From: Octopus sinensis
Taxonomy: Eukaryota
NCBI RefSeq assembly: GCF_006345805.1
Contig: NC_043006.1
Span: 22,072,001-22,136,000, forward strand
DNA length: 64,000 bases
Reading direction: 5' to 3'
Notes under the pieces: model-generated
What the model was told of the DNA's origin: nothing
Databases searched by the model: none
What the model saw: the letters and a program-made list of their open reading frames with translations, nothing else
Made by a program: the position numbers and the translations under genes
Shown: positions 1 to 12,419 of the stretch, in pieces
Numbering within the stretch: position 1 is the stretch's first letter
How the letters are laid out: every line of letters starts with the position of its first letter

Positions 1-435
1 CAAGACTAAAGAGAGTCTCTTCTTCCTTCTGTTGTCTTCCTTTCTTTCTATCTGTTACAACTGAATTGGAAAAGAGCCAGAGTAAAAGGAAAAAGGATGA
101 TAGAAGAAAGAGTATCAGAAGAGAATCAGTGTGAGGGTGATAGAAGAGAGATGATAGTGGATGAAGGAGAGAGTGAGAGGATAATAAAAGAGTGAATAAT
201 GAAGAAGATGAGGGATAGAGTTATGTGATGGTTGTTGGTAAGGTGATTGAATAGAATGACTGAGGGGGTAATAGAAGGGGGTGTCATGAAAGGAATAAAT
301 TGAAAGGGTGTTAGTGAAAGGAGTAATGGAAAAGAGGAAAAAAATGATAAGCAGCTACATAACTGTTTCTGGTAAAGAGATTGAATAAAAGCTACATGAA
401 TAAGAGGGTGAGAAAAAGAGAAAACAGAGTGAAAA

Positions 436-468
<33 letters not shown>

Positions 469-888
469 AAGCGAGTGAGTGAGGAAGAGCTAGAAATTGT
501 TAAGGAAATATTGTTTAAAATTTAGGGAAATATAGTTGTTTATCTTGTTTTATTACTCATGTTTGTGTATAACAAAATTATGAATAATACATTTTTCCAG
601 AATGTTTCGTATTTAGTATGGATTTTCTGAAATCTTTAAATTATAGCTTTAAAAAATCCATGGAACAACTAAATACTACTTGCAGTGTGTAGTATTTGAG
701 AACTACTGCAGCACAGTGTAATTTGAAAGGGAACTAGTTCTTATTTCTAGCTGACCTAGATATTTCCTCATTGGGCAGTCCTACATTAAATGTTGATATT
801 TTATAACTTACAGCACAGCAGTTTTGTCTAAAATTCTTCATTTTTCTCAAAAGAAACAAATTTTTTTTTCCTTTCTGCACATTTTCAG

Positions 889-966
889 TTATTTATGATC
901 AGGCTCAATGCTGCTTGTCAAGAACATGGTATTGGATATTCACAATTGTTACAGGGTCTTGCTAGA
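889..966 (+). CDS. MRPL20: Mitochondrial ribosomal protein L20, internal coding exon (LFMIRLNAACQEHGIGYSQLLQGLAR)
   Basis: ttttcag acceptor ends 888, gtgagt donor at 967, 78 nt phase 0; resembles the bL20 segment LWINRITAASQEHG (recalled human sequence). Upstream exons are outside the window. Confidence 0.93.
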
Positions 967-1004
967 GTGAGTTTTTTTTTTCCTTGTTTAATTTTTGCTT
1001 TCAA

Positions 1005-1244
1005 ATTATTATTATTATTATTATTATTATTCAGTAGTTTTATTTTTATAGCGTGCTTTCACTTCACTACTATTATTATTATTTTATTATTATTATCATT
1101 ATTATTATTATTATTTTATTATTATTATCATTATTATTATTATTATTATATTATTATTATATTATTATTATTATTATTATATTATTATTATTATTATTAT
1201 ATTATTATTATTATTATATTATTATTTATTATTATTATTTCTTA
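1005..1244. repeat. Imperfect (ATT)n microsatellite
   Basis: Direct reading; explains the poly-I/L/Y ORFs. Confidence 0.95.
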
Positions 1245-1592
1245 TAAGAAATATTAAATTTCTAAATATCTCATAGAGATATGTACGGTGGAGGGGCGAT
1301 AGAGTGGTTGTATTCTGTCAACTTAACATGACAGTCCTGTAAAAGGAATCACACCACCGCTGTTTAGCCCTAGGAAGCATCGATGCTTCCTGTCGTCCTC
1401 GACACATTTCCTGTGTCCTTATATATTTACGAAGGGGAGACAGCTGTTGGGGGTATTTGTCTCCCCTTCGTAAATATATAAGGACACAGGAAATGTGTCG
1501 AGGCCGACAGGAAGCATCGATGCTTCCTAGGGCTAAACAGCGGTGGTGTGATTCTCTTACTGTCACGTTAAGTTGACAGTATACAACCACCC
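1245..1592 (+). mobile_element. Fold-back element copy 1 (asymmetric head plus ~300-bp palindrome)
   Basis: Arms about 1299-1442 and 1458-1595; direct repeat tattatttctta at 1233-1244 and 1593-1604; homologous to 8507-8763 and 32206-32522. Confidence 0.85.
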
Positions 1593-1617
1593 TATTATTT
1601 CTTAGTATTATTACTAA

Positions 1618-1829
1618 GGCCGCAAGCTGGCTGAATCGTTAGCATGCCAGGCAAAATGCTTAGGTGTATTTCATCTGTCTTCACGTTCCTAGTTCAAATT
1701 CCACCAAGGCCAACTTTGCCTTTTGTTATTTTTGGGGTTGATAAAATAGGTACCAGTTAAACTTTGGGATTGATGTAATCAACTTATCTCTTCCCCAAAA
1801 ATTGTTGGCCTTGTGCCAGAGTTTGAAAC

Positions 1830-1866
<37 letters not shown>

Positions 1867-2110
1867 TCTTAATGTTATTACTATGGTAGTGAGCTGGCAG
1901 AATCATTAGTATGATGGACAAAATGCTTAGCGACATTTCTTCCACCTTGACTTTTTTAGTTCAAATACTGCTGAGGTCAACTTTGCCTTTCATCCTTTCA
2001 AGGTGATAAAATATGTACCAGTTGAGCACTGGTGTTGATATATTGCTGGCCTTGTGTCAATAATAGAAAATTATTATTATTTTTATTATTGTTGTTGTTA
2101 CTATTATTAT
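1618..2110 (+). mobile_element. Two SINE family A copies (tRNA-like head, Meta-like domain, ATT tails)
   Basis: Heads gctggc(t/a)gaatc, B-box-like gttcaaat, core ggtcaactttgcctttcatcc. Confidence 0.8.
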
Positions 2111-2324
2111 TGGGTGAGAGAGCAGCACACACCATCAAAGTGATACTATGGTACAAATATATGAAGCCCAATATACTCATCATGACTACCCATCTGATAA
2201 AGGTACACCCAGTCACATGCATTGCAACCATACTTGTGTGACATGGTGACCCCATATCAAGATAAATAACACATGACATTACAGGTGGAGAACTTTCTCA
2301 ACCTGCTCAAAAGATCCCTGAATC

Positions 2325-2607
2325 ATCATCATCATCGTTTAACGTCCGTTTTCCATGCTAGCATGGGTTGGACGGTTCAACTGGGGTCTGGGAAGCCAGT
2401 AGGCTGTGCCAGGCCCAGTCTGATCTGGCAGTGTTTCTACAGCTGGATCCCCTTCCTAACGCCAACCACTCAGTGAGTGTAGTGGGTGCTTTTTACGTGC
2501 CACCTGCACAGGTGCCAGACGAGGCTGGCATACGGCCACGATCGGATGGTGCTTTTTACGTGCCACCGGCACGGGGGCCAGACGAGGCTGGCAACGGCCA
2601 CAATCTC
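2325..2607 (-). mobile_element. SINE family C ((GAT)n tail, internal ~40-bp tandem unit)
   Basis: catcatcatcgtttaacgtccgttttccatgctagcatggg, shared with more than 10 copies in the window. Confidence 0.85.
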
Positions 2608-3054
2608 GTCTAAGGGTTATTTAAGGATGATGAATGAAACACACCCATATTTCTAGAGGTGAATTATACAAACCCTGAGGAATCTCTCTCAACACATGTC
2701 TATGATGCTCCACCACTATCCTGGTCATGATCAGAGATGTACATATTGTCAGCTCCCAAAGTTTAAGTCAAGCAACTGATAAGCAAATCTACAGGTTTTG
2801 AGCAGAATATATGCTGTATCTCATCTTCTGCACCAAGACAAAACATGTACATGTTAGCACTTCCTATCAGTTAAGATAAGAAGCTATGAGAGCCACTGCC
2901 TGGCATTATTATTATTATTAGTATTATTATTATTGAGTGAGAGAGCAGTGCATGCCATCAAAGTGACACTGGGGTAAAATATACGAAGCCCAGTATACCC
3001 ATCATGACTACCTGTCTGATAAGGGTACACCAGGCACATGCATCACAACCATAT

Positions 3055-3089
<35 letters not shown>

Positions 3090-3550
3090 GCTATTATTAT
3101 TGCTATTATTATTATTGTTTTTATTATTTAATTTGAATTTTGTTTTATGGTGTTTATTTTTTGCCTGCTATATCTAAATAGCTAAAATGATATTGTGTGT
3201 GTGAGATTGTTTTTATCACTTATGTTTGACCTTGCAATTCACCATTTTAGTTGGAGTAGTTTATGCAAATAACAGTCAATAAATCTTAGTGTTGGCTTCA
3301 GTTCCCTACAGTTTTTCACCATGTGTAGCTCCTGCCTCCTAAAACACTGCTTCCCTTGGCTCCTCACCACCTGCATTTTGTCACCTTCTTTCACTATGGC
3401 AGCTGTTTCAAGACCTGTGTCTTATGGAATGGTCATACTCTAACAGATGTCTGTGCTGGGTAACTGTTGAAGGGCTGCTGAGATGTAGTCCATGAAACTA
3501 ATTATAAATCTTGCTAAGTCTGCCATCTTCCTAATTTCATTAGTCTAGAC

Positions 3551-3769
3551 CAGTGGTTTTCAACCAGGGTTCCGCAGAACCTTAGGGTTCCACCAGTACA
3601 GTCCAGGGGTTCGGCAAGAAGTTACAAAACTGCTAAAATCGGCAGTAATTTTTAAGTATCCTGTGCAGATATGTGTGCATAAGACTGTTAAATTATTGCA
3701 CAGGGGTTCCTCGAGCCAGTGGAATGTTTCCTTGGGGTTCCGCTCCAGCAAAAAGTTAGAAAAGCACTG
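3551..3769. mobile_element. hAT-type MITE
   Basis: Imperfect TIRs cagtggttttcaac / gttagaaaagcactg; 8-bp TSD gtctagac at 3543-3550 and 3770-3777. Confidence 0.85.
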
Positions 3770-4459
3770 GTCTAGACATCTGTTGACTCCCCAGTCCACC
3801 TCACTCCTCTTCGTTTCCCGTAGGCCAGAAATGCTCCTTCTGTGAACACCTCTTTAAATCTTACTTCAGTTTTTTTACCACATTCAATTGATCCCGGTCA
3901 TTCATCTCTAGGATACCAGCTCTAGAGATGAGTGACATCACCCTCTAAATTCAACAGTATGAATCTAGCTAAGTCAGAAATATACAGGATCTTCACCTCT
4001 AGTTTCACTTTGTTAAGGTGCTTCTGTCACATCTTAATCTCACCTTCTGTGCCATCTATGTTTTTACAGAAATAGCTTATAAGCAAATCAGACTAGAACC
4101 TGGTACAGCTCGCCTGCTCTGATCAAATGGTCCAACCCATGCCATCATAGAAAACGGATGTTAAATGATGATGATGATGGTGATGTACTGGCTGAGAAAA
4201 AAAAAATTTGCCAACCTGGTCTTCTTCTTTTGACTATATCAACAAAAAATTTAATAATCACTGCTCTTACAACATTCTATACACAGTAATCCTATAAAAA
4301 GTTTTGGCAGAAACAGGCCCACTTACTCATACACTCACCTCAAACTACAGTATCATTACAGACTCAAAAGAGAAAAAAGAACTGATAAAAAACACGTCTT
4401 TACCCGTTCAGCTATAACTCTTCTGCCCTGGTTCCCATCTAGTTCTTTATAATAATGAT

Positions 4460-4736
4460 AACCAGAGCACTCAGCACAAACCTCCACCAAGGCAACACCA
4501 ACGTCCTCTTAACAATTAGCCAGAGATGGTTTTTAAAATGAGAATATCTGAAATAAACTCAACTGCTCTCTCAAACAAAAATACTAAAAATGAACCCAAC
4601 TACTCTAAAAAATTAAGTAAAAAAACAGGAAAAATTGTCCATAATCCTTTTCAGATACCAAATCAATCCCAAAATCTAATCAATTTGTGCCAGTCATGAG
4701 GCCAAACATTCCCAAGTTTCATCCGAATCCATCTCT
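4460..4736 (+). mobile_element. Interspersed repeat, partial copy of the family at 53713-54054
   Basis: Shared gagcac...cacaaacctc...ccaaggcaac...aaaatgagaatatctgaaataa. Confidence 0.7.
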
Positions 4737-5215
4737 TAGATTCCATTTATAATCGATTGTGTGTTTATTTTTACTTTACAGTACACTAGCATCATGCAAT
4801 CATTCAGAGATAGAATTCCTCTCTTACCAGTAGAGATATAGCTTCTTGAACTTTTTCCATTGTATTCTTACTCTGGTTGTTATGTTTTCAGGGCACCCTC
4901 CTTCACTACTTCTAGGGAGACAGCCAAACATTAAAAAAAAAAAAAAAATTTATAGGTACTCTTAAAATGTACTACTCATATAAAGTTCTTCTCTGTCATA
5001 CAATCCCACTGTATCTCGTGCACACACATATGTCAGCACTGATTGACATTTCTACTTTTGGGCCTCACGGAGGCAATGTAGCTGATGCTAGTGTCGCATA
5101 TTTAGCACCTGTGCTGGTGGCATGTAAAAAAGCACCTTTTGAGCATTGGGCCTCACGAGGGCAATGACAAATGACTGAGACCTTTGGCAATATGCTGTGC
5201 TTGAGAAGAAGACCC

Positions 5216-5756
5216 CATCATCATCATAATTTTTCGACCATGGTCGAGACAATGGAATTTACTATGTTACACCAAACTTCACGGTCCATCGTAGCATTAC
5301 GGAGATCCTGTTGCTGGATGCCTGTATCCCTGGAGATTACATCAGGGTAGGAGAGTGTGTGCCCTCTGGTATCGCAAGCAGATGGCTTCCAGAGGAGAAG
5401 AGTAGAAATTACCTCGTTTTCAGCTCTACAACAATGTCCGGCAAACTGGACTCTTCTACCTTTCACAAGAGATGATACAGGTGGTAATTTCCCATATATT
5501 TTTACTTTGGTTGGATGCCGTTTCCACAAGAGATTTTGAGCTTTCATAAGGAGGCGAGTGTAAGTTTCATCCAACCGCCTCTCAAGCTTCTTTTATAACG
5601 TCCAGGTTTCTGAGCCATATAGTAGAATTGGTTTGACTGTGGCTTTGAAGATTTCAAGTTTGAGATCTCTATTTAGATTTGATGACCAGATCTTATGCAT
5701 ATCATTACAGGCTGATCAGGCCATACCCTTTCTAGTTAGAAAATCTTTTTTCAGAT
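5216..5756 (-). mobile_element. 5'-truncated RTE-clade LINE (RT C-terminus), inserted in a SINE
   Basis: Translates ...KATVKPILLYGSETWTL*...RRVQFAGHCCR...LLWKP; (GAT)n tail; TSD-like gaagacc(c)catca at 5208-5220 and 5763-5774. Confidence 0.85.
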
Positions 5757-6754
5757 GATGATGAAGACCCATCAAGCCAAGTGAAATCATAGTTGTGGCA
5801 GATACTGGTGTCATGCAACTGGCACCCATGCTGGTGGCATGTAAAAGCACCCATTACTTGGCACAGTTGGCATTAGGAAAGCATCCAGCCATAGAAACCA
5901 TGCCAAATCAGACTGGGGTCTGGTGCATCCCCTCAGCTTACCAGCCCTGGTCAACTGTCAAACCCATGCCATATATATGAATATATATATATATATACAT
6001 ATACATACACACGTCTACACTCACATACTTATCATTTAATGAATATAGGAGTTATACATGAGTTACTTCAAGTTTCATGCTCAGCTATCAAAGCATGAAA
6101 CTCGAAGTAGCTCATGTATAACTCTTATACCTGTATTCATCAAACTATATTTACCGCTTGCTGAATTGAGGGTTTTATTAAATGATGATGACGATGACTT
6201 CCTCCTTTTTTCTCTTTTGGTCAAGAGGGAAGCTTATATCTGTGACCCTTCACAGGGCCTCTGAGATTAGTGAAAGGGAGGTAGGAAGCTATTCTTAAGC
6301 CAATAACCTGGCCTGAGTGCTTACATAGTGGACTCTGCTAAAGGCACCCAAGGTGCTGGACAGTGGTATTGGACTGGGCAAGAGATTAAGTCTACCACTC
6401 AAGTAAGCCACTGTTGGATTTGAACTCTGAATATAAAGAGCTGGAAGAAAACACTGCAACATATCAGCTGTGACATTCTTACAGTTCCACTAATCCATCG
6501 TGAAGATGGATACCTTTTTTATTTCTCTTCTTTTTATTCTTTCTCAGTCAATCTGTTATAACTTCTCCCTCTCTCTACCCTCCCTCCATTATTCAATCTA
6601 TTACATCTTGTATCTTCCTCTTCATCTTATCTCTATCACTCCCTTATTCAATCTATTATATCTTGTCCATCTCTCTGTTTCTGTCTGTCTGTTTGTCTCT
6701 CTCTCCTTATTCTGTTATGAATAAATCAAATGTTCTCATATTTCTTTTCTTCAG

Positions 6755-6820
6755 GCTGACGTATCTCTAAATCGCAAAGTATTAGCAGACATTGCCATCT
6801 ATGAACCACGCACGTTTAAG
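6755..6820 (+). CDS. MRPL20: Mitochondrial ribosomal protein L20, internal coding exon (ADVSLNRKVLADIAIYEPRTFK)
   Basis: tttcttttcttcag acceptor, AAG|gtattt donor, 66 nt phase 0; hallmark bL20 motif LNRKVLA.LAI.EP.TF. Confidence 0.96.
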
Positions 6821-7084
6821 GTATTTATGACAAGTTTCTCTTATTTTCTTATTTTATCTAGTTTCAGCTCACGAGCTGTGGCCATGCTGGGGCACTGCCA
6901 TTAAAAATTAATGCGAGCTCACCAGGAATTTCAAATGCAAATTAAAGCTGAGCATAGTGTCTTTTATTCATCATTTCTTTCACAAAAGTTACCTTTTCTT
7001 ATCCATTATTAGGCTTAGGCCTATTAATGTAGAAAAAAAAAATTGACTTTGCAACCATATGGTTTAACACTTTAGCATTTATAG

Positions 7085-7508
7085 TAGCTATGTCTGGTCC
7101 AAAGATCCTGTGGCCGTTGCTAGCGCCGCCCCGATGGACCTCTGTGTCGGTGGCATGTAAAAAGCACCATCCGATCGTGGCCATTGCCAGCCTCGCCGGT
7201 GGCACGTAAAAAGCACTATCCGATCGTGGCTGTTTGCCAGCGTCGCCTGGCCCCTGTGCCGGTGGCACGTAAAAAGCACCATCCGATCGTGGCTGTTTGC
7301 CAGCCTCGTCTGGCACCTGTGCCGGTGACACGTAAAAAGCACCCACTACACTCATGGAGTGGTTGGCGTTAGGAAGGGCATCCAGCCGTAGAAACATTGC
7401 CAGATCAGACTGGGCCTGGTGCAGCCTTCTGGCTTCCCAGACCCCAGTTAAACCGTCCAACCTATGCTAGTATGGAAAGCGGACGCTAAATGATGATGAT
7501 GATGATGA
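7085..7508 (+). mobile_element. SINE family C with several internal tandem units
   Basis: Repeated ggcacgtaaaaagcac units, then gcacccactacactc...gatgatgat. Confidence 0.85.
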
Positions 7509-7889
7509 CTGACCAGATCCGGCCTCTCAAATACCTTCCCCCGTTATAATGCCATTCTAAAAATAAACTACATGTCATCAGAAATTTGAAGCTACAAGAT
7601 AATACATGGTTAATTCTAAACAATGTAGATCAATAAGCATTCCATTTGACAGAGTAATCTGAATGCTAAAGGGTTAAGGTTTGCATAGACAGTGTTGGTC
7701 AGTGTCTTCTATAGCTGTGGGTTGTATATATATATACATATATATATATATATACGAACATATGCATAAATATGTGTGTGTATGTATGTGTTATTTTTGG
7801 CTTCACAATTTATCCAGTGACATTTGCTTACAATTTTCCATGTGATTATGTCTAGTTATTGAGCTGTTCATTGTTCAAATGATTAGGAG

Positions 7890-7936
7890 AAACACACACA
7901 CATGTATATATGTGTGTGTGTATACATATATATATA

Positions 7937-8003
<67 letters not shown>

Positions 8004-8472
8004 GTATATATATAGTGTGTGTGTGTGTGTGTGTATATATATACATGTTGTGTGTGTGGTGTGTATCATATATACATGTGTGTGTGGGGTGTGTTATATA
8101 TACATGTGTGTGTGTGTGTGTATATATACATGTGTGTGTGTGTGGTATATAATACCTGTGTGTGTGTGTGATATATATACATATATGTGTGTTATGTGTA
8201 TATATACATATATGTGTGTGTGTGTATATATATACATATATGTGTGTGTGTGTGTGTATATATATACATATATATATGTGTGTGTGTGTATATTTACATA
8301 TGTGTGTGGTATATCTCATATGTTTGTGTATGTGTATATATATACATATATATTTGTGATGTGTATATATATCATATGTGTGTGTGTGTGTATATATATA
8401 CATATATATATGTGTGTGTGTGTATATATATACATATATATATGTGTGTGTGTGTATATATATACATATATA

Positions 8473-8505
<33 letters not shown>
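7890..8505. repeat. Compound (AT)n/(GT)n microsatellite
   Basis: Direct reading. Confidence 0.95.
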
Positions 8506-8506
<1 letters not shown>

Positions 8507-8511
<5 letters not shown>

Positions 8512-8763
8512 TATTGAATTTCTAAACGTCTCAACGAGACATGTGCAGTGGTGGAGCGATAGAGTGGTTGTATAATGTCAACATAACATGACAGTCCCGT
8601 AGAATGAATTACACCACCGCTATATAGCCCAGGGAAACATCGACGCCTCCTGTTGGCTTTGACACATTTGCTGTGTCCTTATATTTGCAAAGGGGAGGCA
8701 AGCACCCCTCACCAGCTAGAACTAGCAACCTGGAGACTTGCATGCAAATATAAGGACACAGCA
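8507..8763 (+). mobile_element. Fold-back element copy 2 (head, left arm, truncated right arm)
   Basis: Homologous to 1247-1442; residual 21-bp IR at 8669-8689 / 8743-8763; runs directly into a family C SINE. Confidence 0.75.
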
Positions 8764-9076
8764 CCCACTACACTCTCGGAGTGGTTGGCGTTAGGAAGGG
8801 CATCCAGCCGTAGAAACATTGCCGGATCAGACTGGGCCTGGTGCAGCCTTCTGGCTTCCCAGACCCCAGTTGAACCATCCAACCCATAGAAAGCGGACGC
8901 TAAGCGATGATGATGTATATATATATATATATATATGTATATATGTGTGTGTCATCATCATCATCATCGTTTAACGTCCGTTCTCCATATATATGTATAT
9001 ATGTGTGTATATATGTATATGTATATATATATGTGTGTGGTGTATATATGGTATATATATATATATATAGTATATA

Positions 9077-9111
<35 letters not shown>

Positions 9112-9167
9112 TCTATATATGTATATATATATATATCTATATATGTATATATATATATATCTATATA

Positions 9168-9218
<51 letters not shown>

Positions 9219-9279
9219 ATATAATATTATACATATACATATACACACACACACACATATATGTGCATCTTATATATTT

Positions 9280-9480
9280 ATGTTTCCCTTGAAATTTTGT
9301 AAATCAACTCTTGCTGGAAAGGCATCATCATGTAGGATATTGCAAAGGACCAATGTTCTGGAACGGAAGGACTGGGCATCACATTTTGTTTGAAGCCTGG
9401 GGGATTGGGGTCATGAGAGAATGGGAATGCCTGAATGGAGCCAAGCTAACACTGAAAAGCTGAGACTGTCATAGTAGTGG
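9280..9480 (-). mobile_element. Degraded CR1/L2-like LINE 3' coding end
   Basis: Translates ...[44 protein letters not shown], resembling the SF..RT..LWN.LP...F..DL..FK terminus. Confidence 0.45.
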
Positions 9481-10323
9481 AAGATAAGGCAGAGGGAGGA
9501 GACAGCATGATTATGGAGCAGTGGCGGCTCTTGTATAGGAACTGCGGAACTGCAGCACCCCCTATTTCCACTCGATATTATCGATAACATTCAATATAAT
9601 GAGTTCTTTTTTCTTTAATTCTTTCTTTATACTTGTGCATTATATCTCCCTTAAGCTTAATGTCAGTAGCCATCCCCTAGTATAGAACTGTGCGCTTCAC
9701 AGTTCCAGCAGTGCAGTGCTTGACTGTTGTGCACATGCTCACATATCTGAGATAGGAAGCTTCACACTAGGGAGAGACAGCACTGTCATTCACTCAGTAC
9801 TGGTGAAAGGTAGTGTTTCTTTTTGACTCCATGTGTGTTGTGCTTAAAAATGTGTTTATATTCTTGAATGTGATAAAGTGTAGAATTTGATTATTATCCT
9901 GCTTCCAGGATCTGAAAAATAGGGCACATTTCCCTCACTTATTTTGTGATTTAGTGGGTATTTTTGAAAAACAAGGGGTAATTCGCGGCAATGTTCAGTG
10001 AACAGATTAAGCACACTACTTGGCAGTCGCTAAAACGCAAACCAATCAAGTTTATGTATAAATTTTCTTTTTATATGCTTGTTTCTTTTGGGGAGCATCA
10101 TAGCCACATGTGGGAAGGGATTCTTTGAGGTTTGAATAAATGTAACAAAAGCAAAGTTTAAAGGAAATATTAGCCATTTTTCATACTTTCTAAGGGTAAG
10201 CAAATAGGAAATAACAGTTGCTACCCAAGGACAAAATTCGTGTTACACAATGTTATCAATCACTAATGTATTGATTTGATTTGAGATGATTTTGATAAGT
10301 TCCATCTTTTTTCTTTTTTTCAG

Positions 10324-10425
10324 AGTTTAACTGAATTAGCAAAACAACATCATAAAGAAATGGGATTCACACCAAAAGGCCTTGATGGTCCACCTCCTGG
10401 CATTATTTTGCGTACAATGCTGTGA
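10324..10425 (+). CDS. MRPL20: Mitochondrial ribosomal protein L20, last coding exon (SLTELAKQHHKEMGFTPKGLDGPPPGIILRTML*)
   Basis: Long T tract plus cag ending 10323, phase 0, TGA at 10423-10425; continues the FK-SL..LA motif. Confidence 0.9.
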   Translation, partial: SLTELAKQHHKEMGFTPKGLDGPPPGIILRTML

Positions 10426-10475
10426 TAGAGACAATTTTTTAAATACTTTTTTGTTGTTTTTTAGATATTCTTTTC

Positions 10476-10481
10476 AATAAA
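10476..10481 (+). terminator. Polyadenylation signal of MRPL20
   Basis: AATAAA 50 nt after the stop codon. Confidence 0.7.
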
Positions 10482-10616
10482 AATTCTATCTGTAAAAAAA
10501 AAAAAATAATAACAAAACAAAAATCTATCCTTGCAGAGTGATTAATTATGAAATGGAAATAACTTACTTTTTAGCAAAAGGGCATTATTTGAATTTAGTG
10601 CTAAATTTAAATTCAT

Positions 10617-10840
10617 TATTTATTATTCTTTTCTACTCTAGGCACAAGGCCTGGAATTTTTGGGGTGGGGGGCCAGTCAATTAGATCAACTCCAGTACAC
10701 AACAGGTACTTAATTTATCAACTCCAAAAGGATGAAGGGCAAAGTCAACCTTGGCAGAATTTGAACTCAGGATGTAAAGACATGAAATACCGCTAAGCAT
10801 TTTGCCTGGCATACTAATGTTTCTGCCAGCTCACCACCTT
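10617..10840 (-). mobile_element. SINE family A
   Basis: ggcacaaggcc...aaggatgaagggcaaagtcaacc...ctgccagctcaccacc. Confidence 0.8.
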
Positions 10841-11219
10841 ATTATTTATTATCAAAGTAGGCATGGTTATATAGTTATAAAGTTCTTCACAGAACCAAAT
10901 AGTTCTGGATTCGGTTTCAATGTGGGGACCATTTGGAAAGTGTCTTTGATCATACAGCCTCAAGTTGACCAATACCTTGTGAGTAGAATTGAAAAATGGA
11001 AACTAAAAAGAAACCCAGTGTGTGTGTGTGTGTGTGTGTACGTGCATGCGCATGTGAATACCAACTGCACATGTCCTCGTTCTTTGGAAAGCAGTAATTC
11101 CAGTAGTTTCAGCAGCTTTGTTACTTTTTAATACATGAGGACCAGTAGAATGAAGATACCTTACTTGGAAAACAGATATGGGTTGGTGATAGGAAGAGCA
11201 TCCATCATCATCTTTTAAT

Positions 11220-11439
11220 ACTCTTACTCTTTTACTTGTTTCAGTCATTTGACTGTGGCCATGCTGGAGCACCGCCTTTAGTCGAGCAAATCGACCCCAG
11301 GACTTATTCTTTGTAAGCCTAGTACTTATTCTATCAGTCTCTTTCGCCGAACCGCTAAGTTACAGGGACATAAACACACCAGCATTGGTTGTCAAGCGAT
11401 GTTGGGAGGACAAACACACACACACACACACAATCATAT

Positions 11440-11492
<53 letters not shown>

Positions 11493-11668
11493 TATATATA
11501 CATATATACGACGGGCTTCATTCAGTTTCCGTCTGCCAAATCCACTCACAAGGCTTTGGTCGGCCCGAGGCTATAGTAGAAGACACTTGCCTAAGGTGCC
11601 ATGCAGTGGGACTGAACCTGGAACCATGTGGTTGGTAAGCAAGCTACTTACCACACAGCCACTCCTAC
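11220..11668 (-). mobile_element. SINE family B (tRNA-like head, CORE-like domain, AAAGAGT tail)
   Basis: tactcttttacttgtttcagtcatttgactg...gaagacacttgcc...accacacagccactcct. Confidence 0.85.
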
Positions 11669-12419
11669 GTTTGTTTTCCATATTGACATTGGTTTGGATA
11701 GCTTGACAGGAACTGGCAAGCCAGAGAGCTGCACCAGGCTCCTGTTATCTGTTTTGGCATGGTTTCCATGGTTAGATGACCTTTCTAATGCCAACCACTT
11801 TACAGAGTGTACTGGGTCCATTTCATGTGGTACCAACACAGGAGCTGTTTACATGGCACCAGCGTGGGTGCTTTTTACAAGGTACCAGCATGGATGCTTT
11901 CTATGTAGTGCTAGCACGGGTGATTTTTACATGGTAACTGCACTGGTGCTTTATATGTGGCATTAGTACAGGCACTCTTTACATGGCACCAGCACCTGCA
12001 GGGTTGCCGAGTTATTAACCAGACAAGGACCTCCCAGCTGAGAGAGGGAGTGGAACCAGGGGAAGTTATGTGCAAGGTGAGAGTTTGGAGCATGTTAGAG
12101 GGATAGGAATAGCTGTCTTACAATAGGAGAGATACTTAGCTACCCCAGTAGAACAAGGAAAATGAGAGGTGATAGAGAGTTAGAAAGATAGAGACAGAGT
12201 GAGAGAGAAAGGGCTTATCCAAAGGGAACAGTTGTAGGGGGAATACAAGTCATACAGAAGGGATAGAGGGAATGTTCAACAACAGTGAGGGATGATATTT
12301 AGAGATAGTAAGTGATGGTGATAGGAATAGCTGGGAGGTGGGTATAGTAGATATGTAAAAGCATGGAGAGTATGCAGATGAGCACATGAGAGAGAGAGTG
12401 GAGAGGCCTACAGTAGGTG

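Noticed and set aside
895-1257. 120-aa ORF as a complete gene
   Set aside because: Only 889-966 is exonic; the rest reads through a gtgagt donor into an (ATT)n microsatellite.
7140-7345. CRISPR-like repeat-spacer pattern (also 45370-45640)
   Set aside because: The spacers are homologous to one another, the array is internal to a SINE, and the context is eukaryotic with no cas genes.
7852-9258. Long Y/I/C/V/H/T-rich ORFs here and at 13861-14678, 17060-17590 and 24731-25362
   Set aside because: They are translations of AT/GT/AC microsatellites, open only because these repeats lack stop codons.
10476-10506. AATAAA followed by a genomic A13 run as a sign of a processed MRPL20 pseudogene
   Set aside because: The gene has two long GT-AG introns and an intact frame; the A run is only a possible internal-priming site.
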